A stretch of 64,000 bases of DNA, taken from NCBI GenBank assembly GCA_049518415.1, contig JBEKRX010000031.1:2359-66358 (forward strand). Direction: 5' to 3'. Within the stretch, counting starts at the first letter, position 1. Each line of letters opens with the position of its first letter. A program made the position numbers and the translations under genes. Positions 36,650-45,986 of this stretch are shown in pieces. Source of the DNA: Verrucomicrobiota bacterium. Lineage in GTDB: Bacteria > Verrucomicrobiota > Verrucomicrobiia > Limisphaerales > UBA8199. Below the pieces are notes generated by a model. The model saw nothing but the letters and a program-made list of their open reading frames with translations. It was not told the origin of the DNA and made no database searches.

Positions 36650-38034
36650 CCTCGGTTAAACCCGTCCTCGATGCGCTCTGTCCGGCCGTCTTGCGCACAT
36701 ACAAAGCGCGCATTGAAGCCTCGCCGCTGGGTTACCGGCTGGCGCGCGGCGCATTCTGGTCACTCATTGGAACGGTGCTTTCTCGCTCGCTCAGCGTGGT
36801 TTCTTCAATTCTTGTAGCGCGAATGTTGGGCAAGGTAGGCATGGGTGAGTTGGGAATCATTCAGAGCACCGTTGGAATTTTCAGTGCGTTTGCTGGTTTG
36901 GGCATGGGGCTGACCGCTACTAAGTTCGTGGCCGAATACCGGGCTAAGGACCCGCGACGCGCTGGAGCTGTGCTGGGACTTTCGGCATCTGTTTCTTGGG
37001 CGAGTGGTGCAGTGATGTCGCTGGCGATGTTCGTTCTCGCTCCTTGGTTCGCGCAACATACGCTGGCGGCACCTCAATTGGCTGGTATGATCCGGGTTGG
37101 CTCCGTGCTATTACTTATCGGTTCAGTAAATGGTGCGCAAACCGGAGCTTTGGCGGGCTTTGAAGCTTTCAAAACAATTGCGCGATTGAATCTCATCTGT
37201 GGGCTATTGAGCTTTCCCTTGATGGTTGGTGGCACTTGGTGGCTTGGTTTGGTGGGGGCGGTGTGGGGGTTGAATGGTAGCGTTGCAGTGAATTGCTTGT
37301 TCAGCCATTTGGCCCTCCGGCGGGAAGCAGCGGCGGCGGGCGTTCCGTTTTCCGCAACACTTCAACCAAATCAATGGGGGATGTTGTGGCGATTCAGCCT
37401 GCCTAGTGTGCTTTGCAATGTCATTTTTGGCCCGGCCAATTGGGCATGTAGCGCCTTACTGGTGAATCGGCCAAATGGTTACGCGGAGATGGGTGTTTTC
37501 AATGTAGCATTGAGTTGGTTTAACGCGGTTTCATTCCTGCCAGGTGTTCTTGCCCTGGTGATTTTGCCGGTTTTATCATCACAGGCTGCTGAGGCAGGCT
37601 ATGGGAGCCAGAAAAAAATCGTTGCGCTGGCAATAAGGGCCAATGCCATCGCCGTTATCCCAGTCGCGCTATTCATTGCCTGTGTCAGCCCCCTTATCAT
37701 GTCCTTTTACGGGGCTGGATTCCGTGAGGGGTGGCCTACTTTGGTGGTGACAGTTGTGACGGCGGCGATCCTCGCTGTCCAGGTTCCGCTGGCTCAGGCA
37801 ATCACTGCTTCTGGTCGGATGTGGATTATGTTCTTTACCCACGTAAGTTATGGCGTGCTTTATTTTGGCCTTACGTTTGCGATGGTGGAGTGGGGAGCAT
37901 TGGGGTTGTCAACAGCCCGCCTTTTTGCTTACATCGTCAATGCAGTATGGGTGTGGTGGTTCGCCTCAAAGTATATTTGGGCGGATACGCGCGCTGGGAC
38001 TATGAACGCAGCTTCCCCGCCGGAGTCCGCTTGA
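36646..38034 (+). CDS. Wzx-type oligosaccharide flippase (MOP superfamily)
   Basis: ATGA overlap with the upstream gene. ~12-14 TM segments. N-terminal pattern FWSLIGTVLSRSLSVVSSILVARMLGKVGMGELGI typical of polysaccharide-biosynthesis (PST) proteins. Confidence 0.8.
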   Translation: MTSVKPVLDALCPAVLRTYKARIEASPLGYRLARGAFWSLIGTVLSRSLSVVSSILVARMLGKVGMGELGIIQSTVGIFSAFAGLGMGLTATKFVAEYRAKDPRRAGAVLGLSASVSWASGAVMSLAMFVLAPWFAQHTLAAPQLAGMIRVGSVLLLIGSVNGAQTGALAGFEAFKTIARLNLICGLLSFPLMVGGTWWLGLVGAVWGLNGSVAVNCLFSHLALRREAAAAGVPFSATLQPNQWGMLWRFSLPSVLCNVIFGPANWACSALLVNRPNGYAEMGVFNVALSWFNAVSFLPGVLALVILPVLSSQAAEAGYGSQKKIVALAIRANAIAVIPVALFIACVSPLIMSFYGAGFREGWPTLVVTVVTAAILAVQVPLAQAITASGRMWIMFFTHVSYGVLYFGLTFAMVEWGALGLSTARLFAYIVNAVWVWWFASKYIWADTRAGTMNAASPPESA

Positions 38035-38064
38035 AGCGCGAAGATATAAGGCTTTTGTTCCCTT

Positions 38065-38832
38065 GTGCCGACTTTTTCATCTGATCACTTTGTTACGAAA
38101 CGTCACCCGCCCATTACGACCGACGCCGACCCGCTCGCGGGACATTTAGTTCCTCCACCCGGGATTTGGTCAAAATGTGCCCATTATTCAGCCCGTTACG
38201 GGTGGTTCCACGCACTTTGTAGCTATGTCGGTAGAAAGTGGCCTCTAGTTTGGGTATGGGTGGGGCCAATTGTTACCCGGCGGTATCTTAAACAATGGCT
38301 GGGCTCATCCGGCCCGCATATTCTGAATCTCGGTGGCGGCGGAGTGCTTTCGATCCAATGGCTTACGGCGGACGTTACAGCACGCGCTGATGTTTTCATG
38401 GATGCCACCAAGTCGCTGCCGTTGCCCAATGCGGCCTTGGATGCGGTCTATTCGGAAGAAGTCATCGAGCATATTGACCGGCAGGCGGGACGGCGCATGT
38501 TGGCGGAGTGCTTTCGAGTTCTCAAACCCGGCGGAACAATCCGCCTGACGACGCCTAGCTTGGATTACTTTGCCAAGCAAGTGCTCTCCAATCCCGCCGC
38601 AGTCCAGCAAATAAACGACATATTCTACGGTCATGGCCACCAGTTCATTTACTCAGAGGAATGTCTGCGCCAAGTGCTGAGCGAGACGGGGTTCACCAAT
38701 ATCCGGCAGTCCACCTATCGAGATGCGAACTCAAAATATGGTTCCTTCGATTCCCACCCCGCGCGCTTTGCCTTCGCCCCGCCTGAATGGTCTCAGTATT
38801 GGGAGGCGGAAAAACCGTTGAAGCTGTCCTAA
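38065..38832 (+). CDS. Class I SAM-dependent methyltransferase (Methyltransf_11-like)
   Basis: ILNLGGGG, VYSEEVIEHI, VLKPGGTIRLTTP. GTG start, uncertain. Confidence 0.7.
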   Translation: MPTFSSDHFVTKRHPPITTDADPLAGHLVPPPGIWSKCAHYSARYGWFHALCSYVGRKWPLVWVWVGPIVTRRYLKQWLGSSGPHILNLGGGGVLSIQWLTADVTARADVFMDATKSLPLPNAALDAVYSEEVIEHIDRQAGRRMLAECFRVLKPGGTIRLTTPSLDYFAKQVLSNPAAVQQINDIFYGHGHQFIYSEECLRQVLSETGFTNIRQSTYRDANSKYGSFDSHPARFAFAPPEWSQYWEAEKPLKLS

Positions 38833-38859
38833 CTGCCGGGCCGCGTTAAAGGTCATAAT

Positions 38860-40050
38860 ATGATGCAAAGCGAATCAGACAGGGGCATTCGGAGTCTCTT
38901 TGTTGTGGATACTGAGGCTTCGTGGATTCGGTCGTTGCTCCACGCAATGCCGCCGGACGTGAGAATTCATGGCTTTCGGATTCGCAATGCCTTTTCGTTT
39001 CCCGGCGGCTTGCGCGGTCAGTTTCAGAAAGTCGGCCGGAGCGAAGGGGTATCCGAATCATGGCGTGACACATGGGTATCTACTCCCAGTTGGCACAAGG
39101 CCTTTGGCCTTTCCTCGTGGCTGGTGACCAGGCAGATCAGAAAAGCCGTTCGCTGCTTTGGACAACCCGATGCAGTTCTGTTCACCTTGCCATGGTATGC
39201 TAAGGTTGCCGAGGATGCCTCTGGGCCGAGGAAGGCATATTACGCCCATGATACTTTCCGGTTTTACGGCTGGGATAACAACAAACTCATCCCCTTGGAG
39301 AAAAGGCTTCTGGACTGCTGCAATGTTGGTTTCGGCGTCGCAAGGCGAGTGGTCGCCGATTTAGAGGAACTGTCTTCCACGCCAGTGCAGTATCTCCCGA
39401 TGGCCACCGGATGGTTGCCAGAACAAATTGCCACTGAAGGTGAAACTGCTGCGGAAAAAGACCTGGAATCAGTGCCCAAGCCAAGAGTGGGTTGTGTGGG
39501 ACAGATTCATAGCAGCGCTTACGATTGGGACTTGATTGAATATGTCAGAGCGAATCTTCCCAATGCGCATTTCGTATTTATTGGCCCGAGATTCAAAGAA
39601 CGATCAACTTCGGGAGCGAATCGCGTCGAAGCCGTTTTCGCCCGGCCTAATGTTCACTGGCTGGGCCCCAAGCCGCATGCGCATTTACCTGCGTATTTCC
39701 GCCGCTTTGATGTCTGTTTCAACCCGCTTTGCGTCAGCGAGCACAACCACCGGCGTTCCCCTTTACGCCTGTTCGATTACCTAACCACCGACCGTCCTAT
39801 TGTCAGCACCGCGATCGCCGAGGCGTTTAACCATGTGCCTTTTGTCAGCATTGCCAAAGATAAGGAGGAGTTCTGCCGGCTGGTGCGGGAGGCGCTGACG
39901 CTAAAAGTGGCACCGGACTTGGAGCGCCGAAGGAATTACATCTCCGCTAATACTTGGCATGCCAGAGCCGCAGAGTTTTGGCGTTTTGTGAACGGAGCGA
40001 CCTACGTGCGGTCTGTTGATACACTGGGTTGGTTATCCAACGGTAAATGA
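38860..40050 (+). CDS. Glycosyltransferase-like protein (GT1-fold C-terminal half)
   Basis: HFVFIGP...NVHWLGPKPHAHLPAYFRRFDVCFNPL...SPLRLFDYLTTDRPIVST resembles GT-B C-domains. The N-terminal half was not recognised. Confidence 0.5.
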   Translation: MMQSESDRGIRSLFVVDTEASWIRSLLHAMPPDVRIHGFRIRNAFSFPGGLRGQFQKVGRSEGVSESWRDTWVSTPSWHKAFGLSSWLVTRQIRKAVRCFGQPDAVLFTLPWYAKVAEDASGPRKAYYAHDTFRFYGWDNNKLIPLEKRLLDCCNVGFGVARRVVADLEELSSTPVQYLPMATGWLPEQIATEGETAAEKDLESVPKPRVGCVGQIHSSAYDWDLIEYVRANLPNAHFVFIGPRFKERSTSGANRVEAVFARPNVHWLGPKPHAHLPAYFRRFDVCFNPLCVSEHNHRRSPLRLFDYLTTDRPIVSTAIAEAFNHVPFVSIAKDKEEFCRLVREALTLKVAPDLERRRNYISANTWHARAAEFWRFVNGATYVRSVDTLGWLSNGK

Positions 40051-40053
40051 TCT

Positions 40054-40908
40054 ATGGCCAGTTGTTTTCAAAAAGTTAAACTCTTGTCGACGAATCGTCT
40101 CATGCGAGCAGCCTATCCGCGCTGGCTTTTGGCGAGATTAACTACTGGCAAACCACCGACGCTCAAACTGGGCAACAATGTCCGAATCGGTGGGTGGATC
40201 AACTTTTCGGAATATTGCAGCTTTCACAATGCAGTGCCAGAAGCCGAAAGGCTATTTATAAGCCGCTGCCTTGGAGCGAAACCAAACCAAACGGTGGCTT
40301 TTGACATTGGCGCGAACATCGGTGTGTTCACCTGCTTGCTCGGCTCCATGGGCGCGGCTCAGGTCCACGCCTTTGAGCCAATCCCGGAAACCTTTTGTCG
40401 CTTGAAAAACAATGTGGTTGCCAATGGCATGCTCAGTCGCAGTGTGCTGAATTGTCTCGCTGTCGGAAGGCAGCCGCAGTTGATCACGTTCCAAGTTCAA
40501 GATCATTCGCCGGCGACGAACAAGCTGTCAATTACAAATCCTGAAAACGCATCCAACACGGCGGTCAATCTCCAGCATGTCGCCGCCACCAGTCTAGACA
40601 GCTACTGCGAAGCCTTTGGCGTGGAGCAGATTGATTTCTTGAAAGTGGACGTGGAAGGAATGGAGCCGCAGGTACTTGAAGGCGGCGGGCGTATGCTGTC
40701 TCAAAAGCGAGTCACGGGGGTTTTATTGGAGTTTTGCCCTGACAATCTGGCCGCTGTAGGATCGTCCCCTTCTCGTCTCTTCAAGGACATTATGAGCTCG
40801 GGGTACCATCCCCATCGCCTTGACCCTTCTGGAAGTCCCGGCAAGTCAATCAGCCTGGGTGATATGGAGCGAGTGTCTCTGGAGAACGTTATTTTATTGC
40901 CAGGTTGA
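40054..40908 (+). CDS. FkbM-family methyltransferase
   Basis: AFDIGANIGVFTCLL and IDFLKVDVEGMEPQVLEG are the family signatures. Confidence 0.85.
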   Translation: MASCFQKVKLLSTNRLMRAAYPRWLLARLTTGKPPTLKLGNNVRIGGWINFSEYCSFHNAVPEAERLFISRCLGAKPNQTVAFDIGANIGVFTCLLGSMGAAQVHAFEPIPETFCRLKNNVVANGMLSRSVLNCLAVGRQPQLITFQVQDHSPATNKLSITNPENASNTAVNLQHVAATSLDSYCEAFGVEQIDFLKVDVEGMEPQVLEGGGRMLSQKRVTGVLLEFCPDNLAAVGSSPSRLFKDIMSSGYHPHRLDPSGSPGKSISLGDMERVSLENVILLPG

Positions 40909-40996
40909 CAAATTAGCCCGAAGATCATCACCCAGCGCTGCTGCTTTTTGCCATATCGGTTTCCGCGTGTGTGATTAGCAACAAGGCACAAGAGGA

Positions 40997-42238
40997 ATGC
41001 GCGGCAATACTCCAATGTCGAATCTGTCTGTAGCTTGGGTAATTCCCACGCTCGGCGCAGGTGGAATTGGGCCTGCCTGCCGCTACGCGGCTCAAGCGGT
41101 AGCAAAGCACGTTGGATGTGAATGCACGGTGCTGTCTCTGCATGAACAGCCGGACACGTGGACAGACAAAAACTCGGGCGTGCGTTTTGTTTCCATCGGA
41201 ATGCCAGCGGATGCGCCGCAGAGATTTCTGGAATGGCTTGGAAACAATCCTCAGGATGTCGTCATTACCAATGACGTGTCCAGAATCGAGTCCTGCTTTC
41301 CCTTCTTTCCTGAGGGAGTGATTCATATCGTTCAGATCCACGATTCGGCCAGGAAATATCTCGATGTCGCCATCCGCAACCAGCGCGCTATTGATGGGGT
41401 GTTATGCGTGGCGCGAAATGTGGAGACGAGGTTGCGCCCGAGCCTTGAGAAGGCAGATTTTCAAGGTGTGATTGGCACCGTGTATAACGGGGCGGATTTT
41501 CCGGCCCAGCCCAGGCGTTCTACGCATGAGCGTCCGCTCCGGCTCCTGTTTATGGGCAGTTTAGACCCTTTGATCAAAGGGATCTTCGACTTGGTTCCGA
41601 TTTTGCACCGTGTGAATAAAATGGGCGTCCCAGTCAAACTGATCATCGCTGGCGGGCGGAGTCGCACGCTTGAGTCTCGGCTCAAGAAGCGACGGCTGGA
41701 TCATCTGGTGTCCTGGATGGGCAGGGTTGCGCATGAAGACTGTTATCGGTTGGCGGCGGAAAGTGATGTTTTCCTGCAGACGAGCCGGCATGAGTCGTTT
41801 GGCATGGTAACCGTTGAGGCCATGGGCATGGGGAGTGTGCCCCTCGCTTATGATATTCCCTCCGGCAGCCGGGAAATCATTGAACACGGGAAAAGTGGGC
41901 TTCTCTTGCCGCTGGGTAATTTCGATGCCTGGGCTAAATCCATCAGGTCTCTGCATGAGAACCGCCGGCGATTGTGGGAGCTTTCTCAGGAAGCCATGGT
42001 CCGCGCCAGAATACATTTCAACAGTGACAATCTGGCGAAGGGGATGCGTGATTTCCTCAGTGCCGTTCAGGTGAATTCCAGAAATTATCCAGCCCGGAGA
42101 AGTCTTGGAATGCCTGTTCTCAATGCTTCGATTGCCAAAAGCATTTCCTATAGCAGCCTGCCGACATGGTTCCGGCGGTGGGTGCGAAATGCAGTTGGCT
42201 CCTATCCGTATGTTTCGTGGTGGTGGCTTAACCGGTGA
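40997..42238 (+). CDS. Glycosyltransferase family 1 (GT4-type)
   Basis: VIPTLGAGGIG, LLFMGSLDPLIKG, VFLQTSRHESFGMVTVEAMGMGSVPLAYDIPSGSREIIEHGKSGLL. Confidence 0.85.
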   Translation: MRGNTPMSNLSVAWVIPTLGAGGIGPACRYAAQAVAKHVGCECTVLSLHEQPDTWTDKNSGVRFVSIGMPADAPQRFLEWLGNNPQDVVITNDVSRIESCFPFFPEGVIHIVQIHDSARKYLDVAIRNQRAIDGVLCVARNVETRLRPSLEKADFQGVIGTVYNGADFPAQPRRSTHERPLRLLFMGSLDPLIKGIFDLVPILHRVNKMGVPVKLIIAGGRSRTLESRLKKRRLDHLVSWMGRVAHEDCYRLAAESDVFLQTSRHESFGMVTVEAMGMGSVPLAYDIPSGSREIIEHGKSGLLLPLGNFDAWAKSIRSLHENRRRLWELSQEAMVRARIHFNSDNLAKGMRDFLSAVQVNSRNYPARRSLGMPVLNASIAKSISYSSLPTWFRRWVRNAVGSYPYVSWWWLNR

Positions 42239-42526
42239 CTTGTGTTTTTTATGATTGGAAAACAGAACCAGCCCACAGAAAACACATGAACACCATCGAA
42301 AATAGGGGCTTTGTGTCGATGCTATGGCAAGTAGGCTGCCGCGCGCGCCCCCATCCCCCTCCACTGCATTTGGGCCCTGCACCCGACGCATGTGCTTGGG
42401 ACGATTGCCTCGCAAGTACAGGATAGTCCGAATTGTTAAACGTGTGCGGCTCCTGCGTCCCTCGCCGACGTGGCGCGCAGGGATTTCGACCTGACCACGG
42501 CACGATACATGCTACGATGCCGTATC

Positions 42527-44437
42527 ATGAGATCCGCTCTCGTAGCGGTCCGGGGAATTGCCCAGCACCGCGCCTTTTTCACATCTGAGTGTGTTCGGGC
42601 TCTGGCAGGGGTTCTCCTCACTGTGTGGGCTGCGCTATTCGGCCTAACCGTCGCTGCTTTCGGACAAACCACCGTGAGCGTGACCGATTACGGAGCACGC
42701 GGCGATGCTGTCCACACTTTAGCCACAACTGTCCAGAACTCGTCCGTGATCACTCTCTCTCCACCAACCGCGCTCTCCGCGGCGGACGTGGGGAAACTGA
42801 TCCTGCTTTTCGGCGCGGGCGCGCAGACCACGGCAACCAATTACCAGGACCTCATCACCACGATTGCAGGCGTCGCCGACGGGACTAACGTGACCATGGC
42901 CACGCTGGCAGGGGCCTCGGCGACCAATATTGACTGCACCTACGGTACCCAGAACGCGGGGCCCTTTCAGCAATGCCTCGATGCCTGCACGGGGACAAAC
43001 ACGCTAGTCACAATTCCGCCGGGAACCTACCTGTTCATGCCCCCGTGGATGCTGGACCCAACCCGGGTGATGACGAATCCTTACGAGGCTTGGCCCACCG
43101 TGATCATAAGAAAGGGCGGCATCACGTTGTTGGGCGCCGACCCCTCGAATACGACCCTCCTCGGCAACGGCGCCTGGTTGCTCAAAGGGCCGTATGTGCA
43201 GCGCGGTGCCCTGATAATGTGTATTGGCCCCATTACCAACAACTTCCCATTGGTATTCCAGAACCTGACGTTCGATGGCGGAGTCAGCCAGGGACGCCAG
43301 AGCTACTACGGCTATCCGGCCCGAACAAATGACGGGGCAGGTTGGGACAACACTCACCATGCCGTCATCAATGAACCGCCTGCGCCGTTTTACGCTGTTG
43401 AACAATTCCTCAACTGTCGTTTTCTTCACTGGCGCGGCGAAATGGCTTACAACGGCACGAGCTTCGACAGCGGAATTATTCAAGTCACCAATTGCTGGTT
43501 CGTTGATGGCAACGCCGACGGCTACAATATGAGCTGGACCCCGCACGTCATAAGCGGCTGTCTTTTTTCCAATCTTTTCCAGCCCGTCGAGTATTACGTT
43601 GGCACGATGCAAAGGCCATCTTTATTTGTGAACAACACGATAACAGATGTTACTAGCGCATGTAGTCTTGTTGGCGGCTTGACCAACCACTTGTCGCCGG
43701 GCTACACAATCCAGAGCAATATTTTCTCCAGGGCGGGCAAATATGGTGTATTGCTGGGCCCAGCCTGCAACGTCACCATCACAGGGAACCGTTTTATTGG
43801 CGTGGCTCACGGTATAGGCACCGATGGCGCCGCCTATCAGGGCACGGATTACAACCATGACATTACTGTCGCATCAAACTCGTTCGAGGGGACCTACATG
43901 CCGATCAGCATTGGAGGCGACGGCCGGGATAGGCTTGTGAACATGACCGTGAAGGGCAACACCGCATCGGGATGCTATCACTTCGGCTTCGGGTATGGCT
44001 GGTGCTCGAACGTGGTGTTTCTCGCCAATACCTCTGCCTCTACCAGCGGCCAACCCAGCCTCGATAGCGCCCAACTGACCGGCCAGTGGTTTTTGGATGA
44101 TGTCTGCAACCATTTCCAGGGCGGCGGCGCCTCCGACAACGTTGGGCAGACCAATATTGTCAGTTACGCGTATGGCATCCACGAGACGTTATGGACGGCG
44201 ACGACGAACTCGGCGTTCCTTTTGGACGATCAATACCCGCTGAGGATACCGCCTGGGGCCCGCTTGGAGGTCACCCATCTGGGAAGGTTTCCGGTACTGT
44301 TGTACTCATCGAGCACCTCACCTGTGGATCCCCCCAAGCGGTTGCTGACAGGTGATACTGCAAGTTTCTCGTGGCAGAATGGGCGCTGGATTAGTATCCC
44401 GAATCCGGTCGGAAATGTTCGCGTCCGAAAACCTTAG
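42527..44437 (+). CDS. Secreted right-handed parallel beta-helix (pectate-lyase-fold) protein
   Basis: Signal peptide ...LLTVWAALFGLTVAAFGQ, then VSVTDYGARGDAV (pectate_lyase_3-type N-cap). Repeated N/G-rich beta-helix turns (ITGNRFIG, VASNSFEG, VKGNTASG). Confidence 0.65.
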   Translation: MRSALVAVRGIAQHRAFFTSECVRALAGVLLTVWAALFGLTVAAFGQTTVSVTDYGARGDAVHTLATTVQNSSVITLSPPTALSAADVGKLILLFGAGAQTTATNYQDLITTIAGVADGTNVTMATLAGASATNIDCTYGTQNAGPFQQCLDACTGTNTLVTIPPGTYLFMPPWMLDPTRVMTNPYEAWPTVIIRKGGITLLGADPSNTTLLGNGAWLLKGPYVQRGALIMCIGPITNNFPLVFQNLTFDGGVSQGRQSYYGYPARTNDGAGWDNTHHAVINEPPAPFYAVEQFLNCRFLHWRGEMAYNGTSFDSGIIQVTNCWFVDGNADGYNMSWTPHVISGCLFSNLFQPVEYYVGTMQRPSLFVNNTITDVTSACSLVGGLTNHLSPGYTIQSNIFSRAGKYGVLLGPACNVTITGNRFIGVAHGIGTDGAAYQGTDYNHDITVASNSFEGTYMPISIGGDGRDRLVNMTVKGNTASGCYHFGFGYGWCSNVVFLANTSASTSGQPSLDSAQLTGQWFLDDVCNHFQGGGASDNVGQTNIVSYAYGIHETLWTATTNSAFLLDDQYPLRIPPGARLEVTHLGRFPVLLYSSSTSPVDPPKRLLTGDTASFSWQNGRWISIPNPVGNVRVRKP

Positions 44438-44642
44438 CAGGGTTTGCGCTCCGGGGGACCTGCCATCTGGTTCCCTACGAAGTCATCGTCTCCGAGGCGA
44501 TAAACGTACCCATTACAGGCTTCCAGTCTGCTCCGGGATGTGAACACCGCCGCTTCGGGCTTTCTTCGCCAGAGCCGCACTGTGCACGTTGCTCTGCTCG
44601 CCCTAGCGAAACACTGCCCGCGGTCCATTATGTCAGAACGCC

Positions 44643-45986
44643 ATGCGAACCCGCGCCAATGACCGGTCGGGCGCGGGTGCTGCGCCCCAAATGCAAGCCG
44701 CCCGTCCGTTCCGCTGGATCGTGAGCCAGGAGGGTTCCCGCGAAAGTTACAGCGTTCCGCTGTCTTTTCGCCGCCTGAATATGTTGCGGTTGTTCTACGC
44801 CGACATCTGGTGCCGCCTAGGACGAGGGATTCTGAGGCACGGTCCCGCGGGGACGCGAGCCCTGGCAACGCGATTCCACTCGGACATTCCTAGGGATCAA
44901 GTGATCTCATTTAGCTGGGCCGCCATCCTCGACCGTGCCGCGCTTCACTTCCAGCGTCGGCGCTACTCGCCGGCGGAGCTCGGGGACCACTACTGCCGCT
45001 TTGGCCGCTGGTTTGCCCGGCGCGTGCGCGAGCACTTGAAGACACTCGAGCTGGAGCCCCAGCGGGATCTGTTCTTTGGCTTCAACACTAACTGCCTCGA
45101 AACCCTCGAACTGCTCGAGGACCGGCGGGTCTTTGCCGTCGTCGACCAGGTGGACGCCGCGCGCGTCCATGAAGAAATGGTCCTGGCGGAGGCGGAGCTT
45201 TGGCCCGGCTGGGCGCCGGCGCCAGGCCGGATGCCGGAGAGTTACTGGGCGAGATTGAAGGCGGAGTGGGCCGCCGCCGACCTCGTGCTTGTGAATTCGG
45301 AATGGTCGGCGAGCGCGCTGGTCCGGCAGGGTGTGCCCAGGGCAAAAATCATCACTGTTCCGCTGGCGATCGATCTGTCGCAGGATCAAGAACTCGAGCC
45401 GGTTACGCCGTCCGGAACGTTGAGAGTCCTCTGGCTGGGGAGCGTCGTACTTCCCAAGGGGATTCAGTACCTGGTCCAAGCGGCCCGGCTTCTGCAAGGC
45501 CAGGATATTGAATTCCTTGTGGCTGGGCCAATCAGGATTTCGCATCGAGCCGTCCAAACCTTTCCACCGAATATGAAGCTCCTCGGGCGCGTGACCCGGG
45601 ACAAACTAGGCGAGGTGTATCGGCAAGCCCACGTTTTTGTGCTGCCGACGATTTCGGATAACTTCCCCATGACACAGCTCGAGGCGATGGCTCACGGATT
45701 GCCCGTCGTTATCACGCCAAATTGCGGCCGCGCAGTCACCGATGGGGCCGACGGCTTCATCGTCCCAGCCCGTGACGGTCAAGCCCTCGCCGATGCCCTG
45801 GCGCGGCTCCATAATGACCGGCCCTTGCTGCGAGAGATGTCTCGCAGCGCCTTGACCACCGTTCGCAAGTACGATCTGCCCAGCAACGCCATTCTCATTA
45901 ACAACGAAGTCGCTAAACACCACCCGCTTTGGCGCAGCGACGCCACCAATGAAAATCACCATCTGGGGCATCAACTACTCGCCTGA
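44643..45986 (+). CDS. Glycosyltransferase family 1 (GT4-type)
   Basis: LRVLWLGSVVLPKGIQYL, VFVLPTISDNFPMTQLEAMAHGLPVVITPNCG...GADGFIVP. Confidence 0.8.
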   Translation: MRTRANDRSGAGAAPQMQAARPFRWIVSQEGSRESYSVPLSFRRLNMLRLFYADIWCRLGRGILRHGPAGTRALATRFHSDIPRDQVISFSWAAILDRAALHFQRRRYSPAELGDHYCRFGRWFARRVREHLKTLELEPQRDLFFGFNTNCLETLELLEDRRVFAVVDQVDAARVHEEMVLAEAELWPGWAPAPGRMPESYWARLKAEWAAADLVLVNSEWSASALVRQGVPRAKIITVPLAIDLSQDQELEPVTPSGTLRVLWLGSVVLPKGIQYLVQAARLLQGQDIEFLVAGPIRISHRAVQTFPPNMKLLGRVTRDKLGEVYRQAHVFVLPTISDNFPMTQLEAMAHGLPVVITPNCGRAVTDGADGFIVPARDGQALADALARLHNDRPLLREMSRSALTTVRKYDLPSNAILINNEVAKHHPLWRSDATNENHHLGHQLLA

